Below are positions 60,866 to 64,000 of a stretch of 64,000 nucleotides of DNA, piece after piece. The translations under genes and the position numbers were made by a program. Source of the DNA: a bacterium (GTDB taxonomy: Bacteria; UBA8248; JACPRG01; G963555815); assembly GCA_963555815.3 (NCBI GenBank), contig CAUVWX020000002.1:224001-288000 (forward strand), written 5' to 3'. Position 1 is the first letter of the stretch. Every line of letters begins with the position of its first letter. The notes below the pieces were generated by a model. The model did not search any database. It was not told the origin of the DNA and was given only the letters and a program-made list of their open reading frames with translations.

Positions 60866-63346
60866 TTGAGCGACCGCTACGACTTTCATGCGATAGAGGC
60901 CAAATGGCAGAGGATTTGGCAGGAACAGGGGGCCTTCGTCGTTTCGGGTGAGGGCCGGGGGCCGAAATTCTACCTCCTGGAAATGTATCCTTATCCCTCG
61001 GGCCGCATCCACATGGGGCACGTGAGGAATTATACCATCGGCGATGTGGTGGCGCGCTACAAGGCCATGAAGGGCTACCAGGTGCTTCACCCCATGGGGT
61101 GGGATGCCTTCGGCCTTCCTGCCGAGAACGCCGCCCTGGCCCGGGGGGTGCACCCGGCCCGGTGGACCCAGGAGAATATTGGGTTCATGAGACAACAGCT
61201 TCGACGCCTGGGTTTCAGCTATGACTGGACCCGGGAGATCGCCACCTGTGAGCCGGACTATTACCGTTGGAACCAGTGGATCTTCCTTCAGATGTACCGC
61301 CGGGAGATCGCCTATCGTCGAAAGACCCGGCTTCACTGGTGCCCGGACTGCAAGACCACGCTCGCCAACGAACAGGTGGAGGGAGGACTCTGCTGGCGCC
61401 ACGGGACCCAGGTCGAGGAAAAGGAAATGGACGCCTGGTTCCTGAGGATCACCGATTATGCCGAGGAGCTTCTCGCCGGCTTAGACACCTTGGCCGGGAC
61501 CTGGCCCGAGCGGGTTCTCACGATGCAGCGGAACTGGATCGGCAAGAGCGTGGGCGTGGAAATCGTTTTTCCCATCGTGGGGGATACCGAGAGGCTCAGC
61601 GCCTTCACGACCCGCCATGATACCGTCTACGGAGCGACCTTCATGGTCCTGGCCCCGGAGCACCCCCTCGCCCGGCGTCTGGCCGCCGGGACCCCGCAGG
61701 AAGAGGAGGTCCGCCGCTTCTGCGAAGAGATGAGCCGCCAAGACAAATATCAAAGAACGGCTGAGGGGCAGGAGAAGACAGGGGTCTTCAGCGGGCGCCA
61801 CGCCGTCAACCCGATGACGGGCAAGGAGATCCCCATCTGGATCGCAAACTTCGTCCTCATGGAATACGGGACAGGGGTCATCCAGGCGGTCCCCGCCCAT
61901 GACCAGCGGGACCTGGAGTTCGCCAGAAAGTACGACCTCCCGGTCCGGGTCGTGGTCCAACCCCCCGGGGGCTCTCTGGACGAGGCCACCCTGGAGGAGG
62001 CCTATGTGGATGAGGGCGTGAACACGCACTCAGGCTCCTTCGATGGCATGCCCACTCCCCGCGCCAAGGAAGCGATCGCGGATTTCATGGAGGAGCGTGG
62101 GATAGGTCGGCGAAAGACTCAATACCGCCTTCGCGATTGGGGGATCTCCCGTCAGCGTTATTGGGGAACCCCCATCCCCATCCTCTACTGTAAAGCCTGC
62201 GGGACGGTTCCAGTTCCAGAGGAAGACCTGCCCGTTATCCTTCCCACGGAAGAGTTCGAGTTTGGCGGTCCCTCACCCCTCACCACCTATGCCCCGTTCT
62301 ACCGAGCGGATTGTCCGGCTTGCGGCAAAGAGGCCCGCCGCGAGACGGACACCATGGACACCTTCTTTGACTCCTCCTGGTACTTCTGCCGCTTCACGAG
62401 CCCGAAAGAGTCCCGAGCCCCCTTTGAGGCCTCGGCGATCCAGAGGTGGATGCCCGTGGACCATTACATTGGCGGGATCGAACACGCCGTCCTGCATCTC
62501 CTCTATTCCCGGTTCTTTTCCATGGTCCTACGCGACCTCGGACTGATCCCGCAGGCGGAGCCCTTTCACGAGCTTCTGACCCAGGGGATGGTCATCAAGG
62601 ATGGGCTCAAAATGTCCAAGTCCCACGGCAACGTGGTGGACCCAGACGATATGGTCAAGAAGTTCGGGGCCGACACGGTGCGCCTCTTTATCCTGTTCGC
62701 TTCCCCCCCGGAGCGCGAGCTCGAGTGGAACGAGGCTGGCGTCGAGGGTTCCCACCGCTTTCTCAACCGCCTCTGGAGACTCGTCCACCAGCGCCGGGAG
62801 GCTTTGCAGGGGGACACCCCCGCAGCCCCTTTCGCCGGAGATTTCAGCCCGGCTGCGGGGGAGCTTCGGAAAAGGACCCATCAGACCATCCGCCGGGTCA
62901 CCGACGATATCGAGCAGCGCCTTCATTTCAACACCGCCATCGCCGCCACCATGGAGCTCACCAACGCCGTCTCGGCCTTTGAGGACGACGGAAGCCCGGG
63001 CTCCAGATGGGCCCTTCGGGAGGCCGTCCACCACCTGGTCCTGCTTCTTTCACCCTTTGCCCCCCACCTGGCCGAGGAGGTGTGGGAGGTCCTGGGGGGG
63101 CAGAAATCTCTCGTGAGTTGCCCCTGGCCTGAGTATGATGCTGAGGTGGCCGCTGAGGAGACCCTGACCATTGTCCTTCAGGTAAACGGCAAGGTGAGGG
63201 GCCGAATCCAGGTTGCGGCCACGGCTGAGGCGGATCAGATCAGGTCCCTCGCTTTGGGGGACGAGCGGATCAAAGGCTGGATTGGGGAAAAGGAAATCCG
63301 AAGGGTCGTGGTGGTACCGGGGAAACTGGTCAATGTGGTGGTTTAA
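60866..63346 (+). CDS. leuS: Leucine--tRNA ligase
   Basis: PYPSG, HMGH, GWDAFG, KMSKS. Confidence 0.97.
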   Translation: MSDRYDFHAIEAKWQRIWQEQGAFVVSGEGRGPKFYLLEMYPYPSGRIHMGHVRNYTIGDVVARYKAMKGYQVLHPMGWDAFGLPAENAALARGVHPARWTQENIGFMRQQLRRLGFSYDWTREIATCEPDYYRWNQWIFLQMYRREIAYRRKTRLHWCPDCKTTLANEQVEGGLCWRHGTQVEEKEMDAWFLRITDYAEELLAGLDTLAGTWPERVLTMQRNWIGKSVGVEIVFPIVGDTERLSAFTTRHDTVYGATFMVLAPEHPLARRLAAGTPQEEEVRRFCEEMSRQDKYQRTAEGQEKTGVFSGRHAVNPMTGKEIPIWIANFVLMEYGTGVIQAVPAHDQRDLEFARKYDLPVRVVVQPPGGSLDEATLEEAYVDEGVNTHSGSFDGMPTPRAKEAIADFMEERGIGRRKTQYRLRDWGISRQRYWGTPIPILYCKACGTVPVPEEDLPVILPTEEFEFGGPSPLTTYAPFYRADCPACGKEARRETDTMDTFFDSSWYFCRFTSPKESRAPFEASAIQRWMPVDHYIGGIEHAVLHLLYSRFFSMVLRDLGLIPQAEPFHELLTQGMVIKDGLKMSKSHGNVVDPDDMVKKFGADTVRLFILFASPPERELEWNEAGVEGSHRFLNRLWRLVHQRREALQGDTPAAPFAGDFSPAAGELRKRTHQTIRRVTDDIEQRLHFNTAIAATMELTNAVSAFEDDGSPGSRWALREAVHHLVLLLSPFAPHLAEEVWEVLGGQKSLVSCPWPEYDAEVAAEETLTIVLQVNGKVRGRIQVAATAEADQIRSLALGDERIKGWIGEKEIRRVVVVPGKLVNVVV

Positions 63347-63854
63347 AAGGACAATTTACTCCCTTGGCCTAGCTCTCATCCTTCTGGGGTGTGGCTACCG
63401 ACTCGAAGGCACCACTATTTCCTCGCTCCCCCCCCATATCAAGAGGGTCCACATCCCTATTTTTCGAAACGGGACTACAGAGGAAGGCATCGAGGTGAGG
63501 ATCAGCGAGGAACTCCGAAACCTCATTTTGGAGGACGGGCGACTCGAGCTGGCGCAAGGACGGGAGGATGCGCAGGCCATCATTATAGGAGAGGTCCAGG
63601 AATTCAACCTCAGACCCATCTCCTTCAATAGCAGCGACCGCGTCCGAGAGTTCCGCCTTCGGATCTCTGTCCGGGCTACGCTACGTGATCTGGAGAACAA
63701 CGAAATCCTCTTCGACCAGACCATTCGGGCCGACCGGGAATACGGCGTCTCTGACAATCTCGGGTCAAACGAGCAGGCGCAGAGTGAAGCCCTCGAGCGG
63801 GGTGCAGACGACTTTGCCCGGGAGCTGAAGAGCATCCTCATCGAGGGGTTTTAA
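63333..63854 (+). CDS. lptE: LPS assembly lipoprotein LptE family
   Basis: LLGCGY lipobox; position between leuS and holA. Confidence 0.85.
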   Translation: MWWFKRTIYSLGLALILLGCGYRLEGTTISSLPPHIKRVHIPIFRNGTTEEGIEVRISEELRNLILEDGRLELAQGREDAQAIIIGEVQEFNLRPISFNSSDRVREFRLRISVRATLRDLENNEILFDQTIRADREYGVSDNLGSNEQAQSEALERGADDFARELKSILIEGF

Positions 63855-63862
63855 GGGGGAGG

Positions 63863-64000
63863 ATGCCTGAAACCTCCTACGAGGGCGCCCGCAGGGACAT
63901 CGAGGCTGGCCAGGTTTGCCCCCTCTATCTCTTCCATGGAGAAGAGACCTTCCTGGCCGATGACCTCCTGGCACGCCTTCGGGCACGGCTTCTCCCCGGG
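63863..64000 (+). CDS. holA: DNA polymerase III delta subunit (5' part)
   Basis: PLYLFHGEETFL motif; leuS-lptE-holA synteny. Confidence 0.8.
   Translation, partial: MPETSYEGARRDIEAGQVCPLYLFHGEETFLADDLLARLRARLLPG

Overview
GC-rich bacterial chromosomal window from a diderm organism (LptE and a porin are present). The hom-thrC-apgM-ask-cimA-glyQS-ppdK-rib-nusB-leuS-lptE-holA order suggests a Nitrospinota/Tectomicrobia/deltaproteobacteria-like lineage, but that is inference. 1-6.1 kb: a decaying defence island with a frameshifted DUF499 ATPase fused in frame to an excisionase-type HTH, a lone CRISPR-like repeat, an IS3 remnant and a frameshifted, truncated type I HsdM. 6.2-32.9 kb: mixed accessory genes, including an MBL hydrolase, RidA pseudogene, M16 peptidase, TPR protein, GT2, a DtxR regulator with ABC transporter and porin, DoxX/MOSC/YeeE-TusA sulfur-handling genes around tRNA-Arg(CCT), HU, a DUF6499/DUF2285-like regulator, pdhAB and ubiE. 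33-64 kb: housekeeping genes (two tRNAs, gltX, aspS, era, recO, argS, lipA, Thr/Ile biosynthesis, glyQS, ppdK, riboflavin operon, nusB, leuS, lptE, holA). The strongest unexplained signal is a ~220-nt highly structured minus-strand RNA at 12278-12500 whose closing stem overlaps an intrinsic terminator upstream of a glycosyltransferase. All family calls come from motif recognition by eye; no database searches were run.
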